Positions 1-9,292 of a DNA stretch of 64,000 bases are shown here, in pieces. The position numbers were made by a program, and so were the translations under genes. The notes under the pieces were generated by a model. That model saw only the letters and a program-made list of their open reading frames with translations, made no database searches and was not told the DNA's origin. The stretch lies in assembly GCA_934256595.1 (NCBI GenBank), contig CAKQOW010000004.1, forward strand, positions 988-64,987. Direction: 5' to 3'. Source of the DNA: an uncultured Clostridia bacterium (GTDB lineage Bacteria > Bacillota > Clostridia > Peptostreptococcales > Anaerovoracaceae). Each line of letters begins with the position of its first letter. The stretch's first letter is position 1.

Positions 1-622
1 TGATTTCGGAAAAGATATGCGAGGAGTGAGGTTCGATGCATATGTAAAAACCGCAAATGAATGGATTGATATTGAAATGCAGACAACCAATAAGCATGAT
101 ATTGAAAAGAGGAGCAGATATTATCAGGTTCTTATGGATACCGACTGCCTTGAAAAAGGCAGTAAATTCAAGGATCTGAAAACCACATATGTCGTGTTTA
201 TATGCACATTTGACTATTTCAGTCTTGATGAGCCAATGTATGTTGTGGAAAGCTATATTCGCAAGAATGACTTGCATTTTAATGATGGGACAAGTAAAAT
301 ATTGTTGAACACAAAATGTTCTCCGGACAAGGTGCCGGAGAAGCTGAGGGCATTTTATGCATATATAAATGACCCGACCAAGGTAGACGGTAAACTGATT
401 GAAGGTATTAATGAACGTGTTGAAGAATACAATACAAAGGAATGGAGGGAGAAATTCGTGACATTGGAATATATGATTGCTGAAGCAAAAGAGGAAGGGC
501 TTGAGCAGGGCAGAGCGGAAGAGAAGATAGAGATGGCCAGGGCCATGAAAGAGGATAATAAGCCTGTTGATGAAATTTCAAAGTATACAGGTCTGTCTGC
601 AGAGGAGATAGGAAAGTTATAG
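1..622 (+). CDS. Rpn-family PD-(D/E)XK recombination-promoting nuclease / putative transposase, 5' end cut by the window edge
   Basis: The ORF is in frame from nt 2. It is about 90% identical to residues about 111-320 of the full-length copy at 63092..63979 (shared ...DFGKDMRGVRFDAYVKTANEWIDIEMQTTNKHDIEKRSRYY...). The C-terminal helical tail ...EEGL..GRAE..IEMARAMKE... is typical of this family. Confidence 0.7.
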   Translation, partial: DFGKDMRGVRFDAYVKTANEWIDIEMQTTNKHDIEKRSRYYQVLMDTDCLEKGSKFKDLKTTYVVFICTFDYFSLDEPMYVVESYIRKNDLHFNDGTSKILLNTKCSPDKVPEKLRAFYAYINDPTKVDGKLIEGINERVEEYNTKEWREKFVTLEYMIAEAKEEGLEQGRAEEKIEMARAMKEDNKPVDEISKYTGLSAEEIGKL

Positions 623-705
623 TGTTTTTGTACTCTGCACAATATGCAAATGGTTTCAATCTACAAAAAACATATAAAAAAATTGTGAAAATCAACAATA
701 ACGTG

Positions 706-734
706 TTGACAAAGTTCATTTTAAGTGCAATAAT
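706..734 (+). promoter_or_regulatory. Sigma-A-type promoter of the aromatic operon leader
   Basis: TTGACA (706-711), a 17-nt spacer, then AATAAT (729-734), with TG at 726-727 (extended -10). Confidence 0.5.
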
Positions 735-761
735 TAGGTATACTTAATTTTGAGGTGTATT

Positions 762-869
762 ATGAACATGGTTATTAAAGACAGTATGATGACAAAAGAA
801 TATTTCTTTTTCAGCTACCAGGGCTTTTACTTTAGCGCTGGGAATTTGTGCTGCTGTAAACAATCGTGA
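762..869 (+). CDS. 35-aa Phe/Tyr-rich leader peptide (MNMVIKDSMMTKEYFFFSYQGFYFSAGNLCCCKQS)
   Basis: GAGGTG SD at 752-757, 4 nt before the ATG. Eight of 11 residues (14-24) are Phe or Tyr. It lies between the promoter and an intrinsic terminator, directly upstream of pheA/tyrA/aro genes. It is below the 60-aa cutoff of the ORF track. Confidence 0.6.
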   Translation: MNMVIKDSMMTKEYFFFSYQGFYFSAGNLCCCKQS

Positions 870-900
870 TATAATGCATCATCTATATCAACAGATATTT

Positions 901-934
901 ACGGTATTTGCACATCGGCAGGTACCGTTTTTTT
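901..934 (+). terminator. Intrinsic terminator (attenuator) in the aro operon leader
   Basis: ACGGTATTTGC (901-911) pairs with GCAGGTACCGT (918-928): 11 bp including 2 G-U pairs, with a 6-nt loop. A T-tract follows at 929-934. It ends 20 nt before the SD of pheA. Confidence 0.65.
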
Positions 935-964
935 AATCTTTAAATGAGTATTGCGGAGGAAAAA

Positions 965-1954
965 ATGAAGAGCATATATGAACAGAAACAGGATATCGAC
1001 AGACAGATTGAGGAATTATACAGACAGAGAAACGAGCTTGACAGGAAGCTTTCGGCAAAGACTCTGGCGGATAAAACAGACGAGCTTAGAGAGGTAATCA
1101 GAAAAGCTTCCGAAAACGCGGAGCAGGTATTCCCGCAGCATGCCAGTGTAGCGTGTCAGGGCGTGGAGGGAGCCTATTCGCAGATAGCTGCGGAGAAATT
1201 ATTTAAATATCCGGGAATAATGTACTTCTCCAACTTCGAGGGAGTATTCAGAGCAATAGAAAAAGGACTTTGCGACTATGGTATACTGCCTGTCGAAAAC
1301 AGTACAGCCGGTTCTGTAAACAGAATATATGACCTGATGAAAGCCCATAAATTCTATATCGTAAAGAGCGTCAGAATAAAGATAGATCACAATCTGGTGG
1401 CAAAGGCAGGCACAGACATATCGGATATAAAGGAGATATTCTCACACGAGCAGGCAGTTGCCCAGTGCAGTGAATTTCTTGATCAGCTAAAAGGCGTCAA
1501 GGTTACGGTATGCAGTAATACAGCGGCTGCTGCCAAGATGGTTGCAGAGTCTGAGAGAAAGGACATAGCTGCAATATCATCATCAAAATGCGCAGCTCTT
1601 TATGGACTTAAGGAGCTTGAAACAGCAATACAAAACGTAGAAAATAACTATACAAGATTTATATGCATAAGCAAGTATCCGGAGATATATCCGGGAGCGG
1701 ACAGAACAAGTATATCGGCAATACTGCCTCATACACCGGGAAGCCTGTGCAACATACTTAATATATTATCAGATGCAGGCTACAACCTTGTAAAACTGGA
1801 GAGCAGACCGATACCTGACAAGGAATTCGAATTCAGATTCTATTTCGACTTCGAAATGTCGGTATACGCAAAGGATTTCATAGATATACTTGAAGAACTG
1901 GAAAAAGCCTGCGATGTATTTGAATATCTGGGCAGCTATTCGGAAACAGTGTAA
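965..1954 (+). CDS. pheA: Prephenate dehydratase (PDT plus C-terminal ACT domain) with about 60-aa N-terminal coiled region
   Basis: PDT motifs (VACQGVEGAYSQ, TRF) and an ACT region (ESRP..., FYFDF). The ATG at 965 is preferred because GGAGG (955-959) precedes it. The ATG at 944 of the ORF track abuts the terminator T-tract and has no SD. Confidence 0.9.
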   Translation: MKSIYEQKQDIDRQIEELYRQRNELDRKLSAKTLADKTDELREVIRKASENAEQVFPQHASVACQGVEGAYSQIAAEKLFKYPGIMYFSNFEGVFRAIEKGLCDYGILPVENSTAGSVNRIYDLMKAHKFYIVKSVRIKIDHNLVAKAGTDISDIKEIFSHEQAVAQCSEFLDQLKGVKVTVCSNTAAAAKMVAESERKDIAAISSSKCAALYGLKELETAIQNVENNYTRFICISKYPEIYPGADRTSISAILPHTPGSLCNILNILSDAGYNLVKLESRPIPDKEFEFRFYFDFEMSVYAKDFIDILEELEKACDVFEYLGSYSETV

Positions 1955-1990
1955 ACGGAATAAAAGATAAATTGATTACGGAGGAATAAA

Positions 1991-2992
1991 ATGATAACTG
2001 TATTAAAAGCGGAAACAACCAAAAAACAGCGTGATAAACTTATAGAGTGGTTTGAGTCACAGGGACTCAAAGTCCACATTTCAGAGGGAGAATTTCAGAC
2101 AGTACTGGGACTTGTGGGAGATACAACAAAAATAGACGAGGAACTTGTCGAGTCACTTGAAATGGTCGAAAGCGTCAAGAGAATAAGCGAGCCTTTCAAG
2201 AGCGCCAACCGTAAATTCCACCCTGAAAACTCGGTAATAGATATTTCAGGAGTTAAAATCGGCGGCGGCAATTTCGCAATCATAGCAGGCCCGTGCTCCG
2301 TAGAGTCAGAGGCGCAGATACTTGAAGTTGCGCGCAGCATCAAGGCATCGGGAGCATCACTTCTGAGAGGCGGAGCTTTCAAGCCGAGAACATCGCCTTA
2401 CGATTTCCAGGGAATGAAAGCAGAGGGTATAGAGCTGCTTTTAGAGGCCAAAAAAGACACAGGAATGCCTATAGTTACAGAGATAATGAACGAAAAGCAC
2501 CTGCCTCTGTTTGAAGGGGTCGATGTGATACAGGTAGGAGCCCGCAATATGCAGAACTTCGAGCTGCTCAAGGCGCTGGGCAAGACCAACAAGCCTATAC
2601 TTTTGAAGAGAGGCCTTGCAAATACATTAAAAGAATTGCTCATGAGCGCAGAATATATAATGTCAGAGGGCAACGAAAATGTTATACTATGTGAGAGAGG
2701 TATCAGAACCTTTGAAACCTACACCAGAAACACACTTGACCTTTCAGCGGTGCCTATGCTCAGAAAGCTTACACATCTTCCGATTGTAGTTGACCCAAGC
2801 CATGCAACAGGAATTGCAGGTCTTGTTGAGCCTATGGCCCTTGCAGCAGCGGCGGCAGGAGCAGACGGCCTTATGATTGAGGTTCACAACAACCCTGCAG
2901 AGGCTCTGTGCGACGGTCCGCAGTCACTTACACCTGAGCAGTTTGCAGCATTAGCCGCAAAAGTAAACAAAGTAAGAGAGGCGCTGAAATGA
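1991..2992 (+). CDS. aroF: 3-deoxy-7-phosphoheptulonate (DAHP) synthase, type I-beta with N-terminal ferredoxin-like domain
   Basis: KDO8P/DAHP I-beta signature ([28 protein letters not shown]). 333 aa. Confidence 0.9.
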   Translation: MITVLKAETTKKQRDKLIEWFESQGLKVHISEGEFQTVLGLVGDTTKIDEELVESLEMVESVKRISEPFKSANRKFHPENSVIDISGVKIGGGNFAIIAGPCSVESEAQILEVARSIKASGASLLRGGAFKPRTSPYDFQGMKAEGIELLLEAKKDTGMPIVTEIMNEKHLPLFEGVDVIQVGARNMQNFELLKALGKTNKPILLKRGLANTLKELLMSAEYIMSEGNENVILCERGIRTFETYTRNTLDLSAVPMLRKLTHLPIVVDPSHATGIAGLVEPMALAAAAAGADGLMIEVHNNPAEALCDGPQSLTPEQFAALAAKVNKVREALK

Positions 2993-3828
2993 AGACACTG
3001 GGAGTTGTAGGACTTGGACTCATAGGAGGCTCCTTTGTTAAAGCATACAGAGAAACAAAAGACTGGAGAGTCCTCGGAACAGATAAGAATGATAAAATAA
3101 CACAGCTTGCAATAATGGCAGAGGATATAGAGGCGGAGCTTACACACAGGAATCTGCATGAATGTGATCTCCTGCTCATTGCGGTGTACCCTGAGGCTGC
3201 AATAGAATATCTTGAAAAAAACGGAGAATATATAAATCCCGGCGCTATGGTTATAGACTGCTGCGGCGTCAAGCGGGCTGTATGTGACAAATGCTTCAGA
3301 ATTGCAGACAGATACGGATTTACATATGTAGGCGGACACCCTATGGCAGGCAGACATTTCTCCGGATACAAATACAGTACGGAAGCGCTCTACAGAGGCG
3401 CTCCAATGGTAATCGTGCCGGGCAGATTTGATGATATTGAGCTTCTGGACAGAGTCAAGGAACTTCTGGCGCCTGCAGAGTTTGGCAGCATATCCGTAAC
3501 CACAGCCGAAAAGCACGACAGGCTTATTGCATTTACATCACAGATGGCGCACATCGTTTCAAATGCATATATCAAAAGTCCAAATGCCGGATACCACAAG
3601 GGATTTTCGGCGGGAAGCTACAAGGATATGACAAGAGTGGCGTGGCTCAACGAGGATATGTGGACCGAGCTGTTTATGGATAACCGTGACAACCTCATAA
3701 ACGAGCTGGACTGCTTCATCGGCAATCTGCAGGAATACAGACAGGCGCTTTGCGATGAGGATTATGAGCTGATGCACAGACTCCTTGAAGACGGAAGAAA
3801 AAAGAAAGAAGAAACAGACGGGAAATGA
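2989..3828 (+). CDS. tyrA: Prephenate dehydrogenase
   Basis: N-terminal GxGxxG (VVGLGLIGGS), a GGHPMAG motif, and a 4-nt ATGA overlap with aroF. Confidence 0.9.
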   Translation: MKTLGVVGLGLIGGSFVKAYRETKDWRVLGTDKNDKITQLAIMAEDIEAELTHRNLHECDLLLIAVYPEAAIEYLEKNGEYINPGAMVIDCCGVKRAVCDKCFRIADRYGFTYVGGHPMAGRHFSGYKYSTEALYRGAPMVIVPGRFDDIELLDRVKELLAPAEFGSISVTTAEKHDRLIAFTSQMAHIVSNAYIKSPNAGYHKGFSAGSYKDMTRVAWLNEDMWTELFMDNRDNLINELDCFIGNLQEYRQALCDEDYELMHRLLEDGRKKKEETDGK

Positions 3829-4877
3829 GAAAAGTAACAGTAAACGCTTCAAAAAAATATGATATTCTTATAGGTAGCGGGCTGCTCCCGCAGTCCGGGG
3901 AGCTGATAAAACAGGCTGCAGGCGGAAACTGCGCGGCTGTAATAAGTGACAGCAATGTGGCCCCGTTATATATGCAGACCCTTAGAGCAAGCCTTGAGGC
4001 CGCAGGCTACAGAGTCGTAACTCATGTATTCGAAGCAGGAGAGGCAAACAAGAATATAGATACCTTTGCGGAAATACTGAATTTCCTTGCAGCAAACAGG
4101 CTTGACAGGACAGATGTGGTTGCAGCGCTGGGAGGCGGAGTTACAGGAGATATGGCAGGCTTCGCAGCGTCTGTATACCTTAGAGGCATCAGATTTGTTC
4201 AGCTTCCCACAACCGTACTTGCGGCTGTGGACTCATCTGTTGGCGGCAAGACAGCAATAGATCTGCCTGCAGGCAAGAACCTTGCAGGAGCCTTTTATCA
4301 GCCGGAACTTGTAATATGCGATACGGATACTTTAGCCAGCCTGCCGAAGAGAGAATACGGCAGCGGCTTTGCGGAGATAATCAAGTACGCCGTTATAGCG
4401 CAGCCGAAGCTGCTTGATATGATACAGGCGTCAGATAGGGATATAGCTGAGATTATAGAGCTCTGTGTTAAAATTAAAAGAGATGTAGTTGAGGCCGATG
4501 AATTTGAAGCGGGACAGAGGCAGCTTTTAAACTTCGGCCATACAATAGGACATGCTGTCGAAAAAGCTTCTGACTTTAAGCTGCTGCACGGTGAAGCTGT
4601 TGCAGTGGGTATGTCTATGATTGCAAAGGCTGCAGTCAGAAAAGGCATATGCACTAAAGAGTGTCTTGAGGATATTATCAGTGCGTGCGAGGCTGAGGGA
4701 CTTCCGGTTTCGGCAGACTACAGCCACGATGAACTGATGGATATGATATGCTCGGACAAAAAAGTAAGAGGAAACACTATAAACGTAATACTGCCGGAGC
4801 ATACCGGCAAATGCATCATAAATAATATAACTATTGAGGAAATGAGCAGTCTGCTTGATATGGCGCTGCAGGACTAG
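3825..4877 (+). CDS. aroB: 3-dehydroquinate synthase
   Basis: GGGVTGDMAGFAA, a metal-binding HGEAV motif, and a 4-nt overlap with tyrA. Confidence 0.92.
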   Translation: MRKVTVNASKKYDILIGSGLLPQSGELIKQAAGGNCAAVISDSNVAPLYMQTLRASLEAAGYRVVTHVFEAGEANKNIDTFAEILNFLAANRLDRTDVVAALGGGVTGDMAGFAASVYLRGIRFVQLPTTVLAAVDSSVGGKTAIDLPAGKNLAGAFYQPELVICDTDTLASLPKREYGSGFAEIIKYAVIAQPKLLDMIQASDRDIAEIIELCVKIKRDVVEADEFEAGQRQLLNFGHTIGHAVEKASDFKLLHGEAVAVGMSMIAKAAVRKGICTKECLEDIISACEAEGLPVSADYSHDELMDMICSDKKVRGNTINVILPEHTGKCIINNITIEEMSSLLDMALQD

Positions 4878-4880
4878 GGT

Positions 4881-6095
4881 ATGAAAGCAACTATTAAAAA
4901 ACCGGCAAAAACAGGAACAGTAAGAGCCATAGCATCAAAATCAATGGCTCACAGAATGATGATAGCGCAGGCTCTGTCAGAACCAGACAGCGCCGTTATA
5001 TGCAGTGATACATCTGAGGACATAGAGGCCACAAAGAGGTGCCTTGAGGCTCTGCTGTCAGAGGATAAGGTGAAGCAGCTTTACTGCGGGGAAAGCGGCT
5101 CTACCCTTAGATTTCTGCTTCCCATAGCGGCGGCGCTGGGGCTTGAGTGTGATTTTCATATGGAGGGCAGACTTCCAAAGAGACCTTTGTCACCGCTATA
5201 TGAGGAAATGCTGGCAAAGGGCTGCATTATGTCAAAGCAGGGAGAAAACCCGCTGCATTTAAGCGGACGGCTGACAGGCGGCTCATATACAATACCGGGA
5301 AATATTTCTTCCCAGTATATCACGGGACTTCTGTTTGCGCTTCCCCTTGCAGAGGAGGACAGCAGAATTAATATAACCGGCAGACTTGAATCCTCGCCGT
5401 ATATAGACCTGACGCTGCAGGCTCTTGCTGCGGCAGGCATTACGGTCGTTTCAGACGACCAGGGCTTTGATGTGCCGGGCGGGCAGAAATACAGGCTCGC
5501 AGGCGAGCATCATATTGAGGGTGACTGGTCAAATGCAGCGTTCTGGTTATGCATGAGCGCAATGACAGGCGGCAGTATATGCTGCAGCGGCCTTGATATG
5601 AACTCAAGGCAGGGTGACCGCAGGATACTTGATGTTTTAGAGAGTATGGGCGGCAAGGCTGTCTGCGAGGACAATGCGGTGCGCATAGAAGCGCCTAAAG
5701 GACTTAAAGGAGCAGTTATAGACGCTTCTGAAATTCCCGATCTTGTTCCGGTCATTGCAGCGACAGCCGTATCGGCAGAGGGGCAGACCGTAATAAAGAA
5801 TGCAGGCAGACTCAGGCTCAAAGAAAGCGACAGACTCAAATCCGTAAGTGCAGTGCTTGCAGAGCTTGGAGCAGATATTGCGGAGCTTTCGGACGGACTT
5901 GTCATAAACGGCAGCAGCATCAGAGGAGGCAGTATAGACTCCTTTGGCGATCACAGAATAGCTATGATGGCGGCGACTGCCGCGTGCATCAGCAGCGGAG
6001 AGATAACGATTTCAGGAGCAGAGGCCGTAAACAAGTCATATCCCGGATTTTACAGAGATTACTGCGCTCTTGGCGGAGAAATAGAGATAGATTAG
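4881..6095 (+). CDS. aroA: 3-phosphoshikimate 1-carboxyvinyltransferase (EPSP synthase)
   Basis: SKSMAHR, ESGSTLRFL, LKESDR and DHRIAMM motifs. Confidence 0.93.
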   Translation: MKATIKKPAKTGTVRAIASKSMAHRMMIAQALSEPDSAVICSDTSEDIEATKRCLEALLSEDKVKQLYCGESGSTLRFLLPIAAALGLECDFHMEGRLPKRPLSPLYEEMLAKGCIMSKQGENPLHLSGRLTGGSYTIPGNISSQYITGLLFALPLAEEDSRINITGRLESSPYIDLTLQALAAAGITVVSDDQGFDVPGGQKYRLAGEHHIEGDWSNAAFWLCMSAMTGGSICCSGLDMNSRQGDRRILDVLESMGGKAVCEDNAVRIEAPKGLKGAVIDASEIPDLVPVIAATAVSAEGQTVIKNAGRLRLKESDRLKSVSAVLAELGADIAELSDGLVINGSSIRGGSIDSFGDHRIAMMAATAACISSGEITISGAEAVNKSYPGFYRDYCALGGEIEID

Positions 6096-6125
6096 TATTA
6101 TGCTGATTTTGAAAGGAGTTTAAAG

Positions 6126-7217
6126 GTGGCTTCAGTATTTGGAGAGAACATAAAAATATCAATTTTCGGACAGTCCCATTCGAGAGGTATAGGCGTTTGC
6201 ATAGACGGCATACCTGCAGGTGAAAAAATAGATCCGGATCAGCTTCAGGAGTTTATGGACAGGAGAGCGCCGGGCAGAAACGAGTATTCAACACCGAGAA
6301 AAGAAGCGGACAGACCTGAAATACTGTCGGGACTTGCAGGTGATGTAACCTGCGGAGCTCCTTTTGCGGCAGTTATATACAACACCGATACGAGGTCCGG
6401 TGATTACAGCGAGATTAGAGATATACCAAGACCTGCCCATGCTGATTTTGCGGCAAGAGCTAAATTCCACGGTTACGAGGATACGGCAGGAGGCGGTCAT
6501 TTCAGCGCCAGACTTACAGCGCCTTTATGTATTGCGGGAGGAATATTCAAACAGCTTCTTTCCCGCAGAGGTATAGAGATAGGAGCGCACATCAGCAGCA
6601 TAGGCGGAATTGAGGACAAAAGATTTAACTCCTGCGGCGGCAGTGAAGAGCTGGAAAGGACAGGAAAGCCTTTCCCTGTTATAGATGAAGAGGCGGGAGC
6701 AAAAATGAGAGAGCTTATACAAAGGGTTAAGGCTGAGGGTGATTCCGTAGGCGGCAGGATTGAATGTATGATAACCGGACTTCCGGCAGGGATTGGCGAT
6801 CCTATGTTTGACGGTCTTGAAAACAGAATTTCACAGGCCGTTTTTGCAGTTCCGGCAGTTAAGGGCATAGAGTTCGGCTGCGGATTTGACGTGTGCTCCA
6901 TGAGAGGCTCCGAAAACAACGATCCGTTCTATGCAGAGGACGGAGTGATAAGAAGCAGGACAAACAATCACGGCGGTATACTGGGCGGTATATCCTCGGG
7001 AATGCCGGTGGTGTTTTCTGTAGCCATGAAGCCTACGCCGTCTATTGCAAAGGAGCAGGACAGCGTCAGTATGTCGGGACTTGAGAATACTAAGCTTAAA
7101 GTCAGAGGCAGACACGATCCGTGCATAGTGCCAAGAGCGGTGCCATGCATTGAAGCCGCTGCTGCCATAGCCATATATGACGCATTTCTTGGAGGACTGA
7201 AATATGAGATTAGATGA
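6126..7217 (+). CDS. aroC: Chorismate synthase (GTG start)
   Basis: GQSHS, RPAHAD, GGISSGMP and GRHDPC motifs. AGGAG SD upstream of the GTG. Confidence 0.92.
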   Translation: MASVFGENIKISIFGQSHSRGIGVCIDGIPAGEKIDPDQLQEFMDRRAPGRNEYSTPRKEADRPEILSGLAGDVTCGAPFAAVIYNTDTRSGDYSEIRDIPRPAHADFAARAKFHGYEDTAGGGHFSARLTAPLCIAGGIFKQLLSRRGIEIGAHISSIGGIEDKRFNSCGGSEELERTGKPFPVIDEEAGAKMRELIQRVKAEGDSVGGRIECMITGLPAGIGDPMFDGLENRISQAVFAVPAVKGIEFGCGFDVCSMRGSENNDPFYAEDGVIRSRTNNHGGILGGISSGMPVVFSVAMKPTPSIAKEQDSVSMSGLENTKLKVRGRHDPCIVPRAVPCIEAAAAIAIYDAFLGGLKYEIR

Positions 7218-8688
7218 TTACAGAGCAGAAATAGATACAATAGATAAACAGATAACGAAGCTGCTTGAGCAGAGAATGCAGACGGTGAGGAATATAGGGA
7301 TCTGCAAGCAGACCATGGGTAAACCGGTGCTTGATGCTTCAAGAGAAAACAGCAAGCTGGAAACGCTGAAGGCTCAGACTGACGAGGACTCCTACAGCTA
7401 TATTGCAGAAATTTTTAAGGAAATAATGGCGCAGAGCCGGAGATTTCAGGAGGATCACAAGGCTGATTACGGACTTCTCGGCAGGACTTTGGGATACAGC
7501 TTTTCTCCGCAGATACACAAAAGCCTCGGAGGCTACAGCTATGAGCTGTTTGAGGTTGAGCCCGAAAATCTCAAGGGATTTTTTGAAAACACAGCCCTTA
7601 AGGGCTTCAATGTTACGATTCCCTACAAAAAAGATGTAATAAAATACTGCAGCTCCCTGTCAGATGCGGCGCAAAAGACGGGCAGTGTAAATACAATAGT
7701 AAGAAATCCCGACGGAAGCTTTGCGGGACACAACACAGATTATTACGGTCTTGATTACCTCATCAGGTCGGCAGGCTTTGAGGTTTCGGGGGCCAAGATA
7801 ATTATACTGGGAAACGGCGGAGTTTCAGGAACTGTAAGACAGCTTATGAAGGATAGCGGAGCGGCGGAGGTCGTAACGATATCAAGAAAGGGCGAGGAAA
7901 ATTACGAAAATATTTCAAGGCATTATGATGCCGAATTCGTTATAAATACGACGCCGGTGGGTATGTATCCCGATAACGGCAGAGCAGTCATAGATATAAC
8001 AGAGTTCAAAAGCTGCAGAGGCGTTATAGACCTTATATACAATCCGATAAAAACAAGGCTTGTTATGGACGCGGAGAATATGGGAATACCCGCAGAGGGG
8101 GGACTTAAAATGCTTGTAGCGCAGGCCGCAGGAGCCTGCGAGCTGTTTCTCGGCAGTAAAATTTCCGATGAGATGATAGAGGCCGAATATATGAGGATTT
8201 TGAGACAGGTTGAAAACATAATTCTCATAGGTATGCCCGGCTGCGGCAAATCATCAATAGGCGAAAGGCTTGCGGAGATAACAGGCAAGAGCTTTGCAGA
8301 CAGCGACATCAAAATCATAGAGCAGACAGGAAGAAGCGCCGAGGATATAATATGCTCCGATGGTGAGGAGTATTTTCGCAGGGTGGAAACAGCCGTTGCA
8401 AAGGCAGAGGGCGCGCATACAGGCTGCGTAATCGCAACAGGCGGCGGAGTCGTAACCAGAGAAGAAAACCTCGATCTGCTGAGGCAAAACGGCAGAATAG
8501 TATATATCAAAAGAAGCCTTGAGGATTTAAGCTCGGACGGAAGACCCATATCTGCGGCAAACAGAATAGAGGATTTATTCAGGCAGAGAAAGACGGCCTA
8601 TGAGAGCTGGAGCGACTTTGAGGCTGAGAATACGGGAATAGAAGAAACTGCTGCCAAAATAGCGCAGCAGCTTGGATACGGGAGGTAA
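7204..8688 (+). CDS. aroE/aroK: Trifunctional fusion: AroQ-class chorismate mutase, shikimate dehydrogenase and shikimate kinase
   Basis: Residues 1-85 resemble CM_2 (YRAEIDTIDKQITKLLEQRMQ...). The middle has AroE motifs (SFSPQIH, NVTIPYK, GHNTDY, GNGGVSG). The C-terminus has a P-loop kinase (GMPGCGKSSIG, ATGGG). It overlaps aroC by 14 nt. Confidence 0.85.
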   Translation: MRLDDYRAEIDTIDKQITKLLEQRMQTVRNIGICKQTMGKPVLDASRENSKLETLKAQTDEDSYSYIAEIFKEIMAQSRRFQEDHKADYGLLGRTLGYSFSPQIHKSLGGYSYELFEVEPENLKGFFENTALKGFNVTIPYKKDVIKYCSSLSDAAQKTGSVNTIVRNPDGSFAGHNTDYYGLDYLIRSAGFEVSGAKIIILGNGGVSGTVRQLMKDSGAAEVVTISRKGEENYENISRHYDAEFVINTTPVGMYPDNGRAVIDITEFKSCRGVIDLIYNPIKTRLVMDAENMGIPAEGGLKMLVAQAAGACELFLGSKISDEMIEAEYMRILRQVENIILIGMPGCGKSSIGERLAEITGKSFADSDIKIIEQTGRSAEDIICSDGEEYFRRVETAVAKAEGAHTGCVIATGGGVVTREENLDLLRQNGRIVYIKRSLEDLSSDGRPISAANRIEDLFRQRKTAYESWSDFEAENTGIEETAAKIAQQLGYGR

Positions 8689-8693
8689 GGACA

Positions 8694-9116
8694 ATGAAGC
8701 TTCTTGTTATAAACGGACCTAATCTGAATATGCTGGGCATAAGAGAGCCCGATATTTACGGCAAAAACACCTATGAGGAGCTTGTGCACCTTATACAGAA
8801 AACCTGCGAGCAAAAAGGCATTGAGGTGGAGATTTACCAGTCAAACACCGAGGGCTTTATAGTTGATAAAATCCAGCAGGCCTACGGCAATACAGACGGC
8901 ATAATAATAAATCCTGCGGCCTATACTCATACCAGCATTGCAATACTTGATGCCCTCAAGGCGACAGATATCGAAACCGTAGAGGTGCATTTATCCGATA
9001 TAACCAGCAGAGAGGAATTCCGAAAGCATTCCTACGTTTCCCTTGCGGCAGCCAAGACCATCTGCGGCAAAGGCTTTGACGGTTATGTGGAGGCAATCGA
9101 ATATTTCTGCAGATAA
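8694..9116 (+). CDS. aroQ: Type II 3-dehydroquinate dehydratase
   Basis: INGPNLNMLGIREPDIYG, INPAAYTHTSIA and EVHLSD motifs. Confidence 0.93.
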   Translation: MKLLVINGPNLNMLGIREPDIYGKNTYEELVHLIQKTCEQKGIEVEIYQSNTEGFIVDKIQQAYGNTDGIIINPAAYTHTSIAILDALKATDIETVEVHLSDITSREEFRKHSYVSLAAAKTICGKGFDGYVEAIEYFCR

Positions 9117-9132
9117 ATTTTAATTGAAAATC

Positions 9133-9172
9133 CGGTTTGTGTTTGTAATGTGAACGCAGACCGTCTTTTTTT
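9133..9172 (+). terminator. Intrinsic terminator ending the aro operon
   Basis: CGGTTTGTG (9133-9141) pairs with CGCAGACCG (9155-9163), followed by TCTTTTTTT. Confidence 0.6.
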
Positions 9173-9292
9173 GTAAATAAAAAGTTTAAACAATTCATAA
9201 ACTGAACATTCATGTATCACTTTGGGCTGGTAATATTTAACCATAAGATAATTCCGCAGATGTAAAGGAGGCCGGTATGAAAAGAGGTTTAA

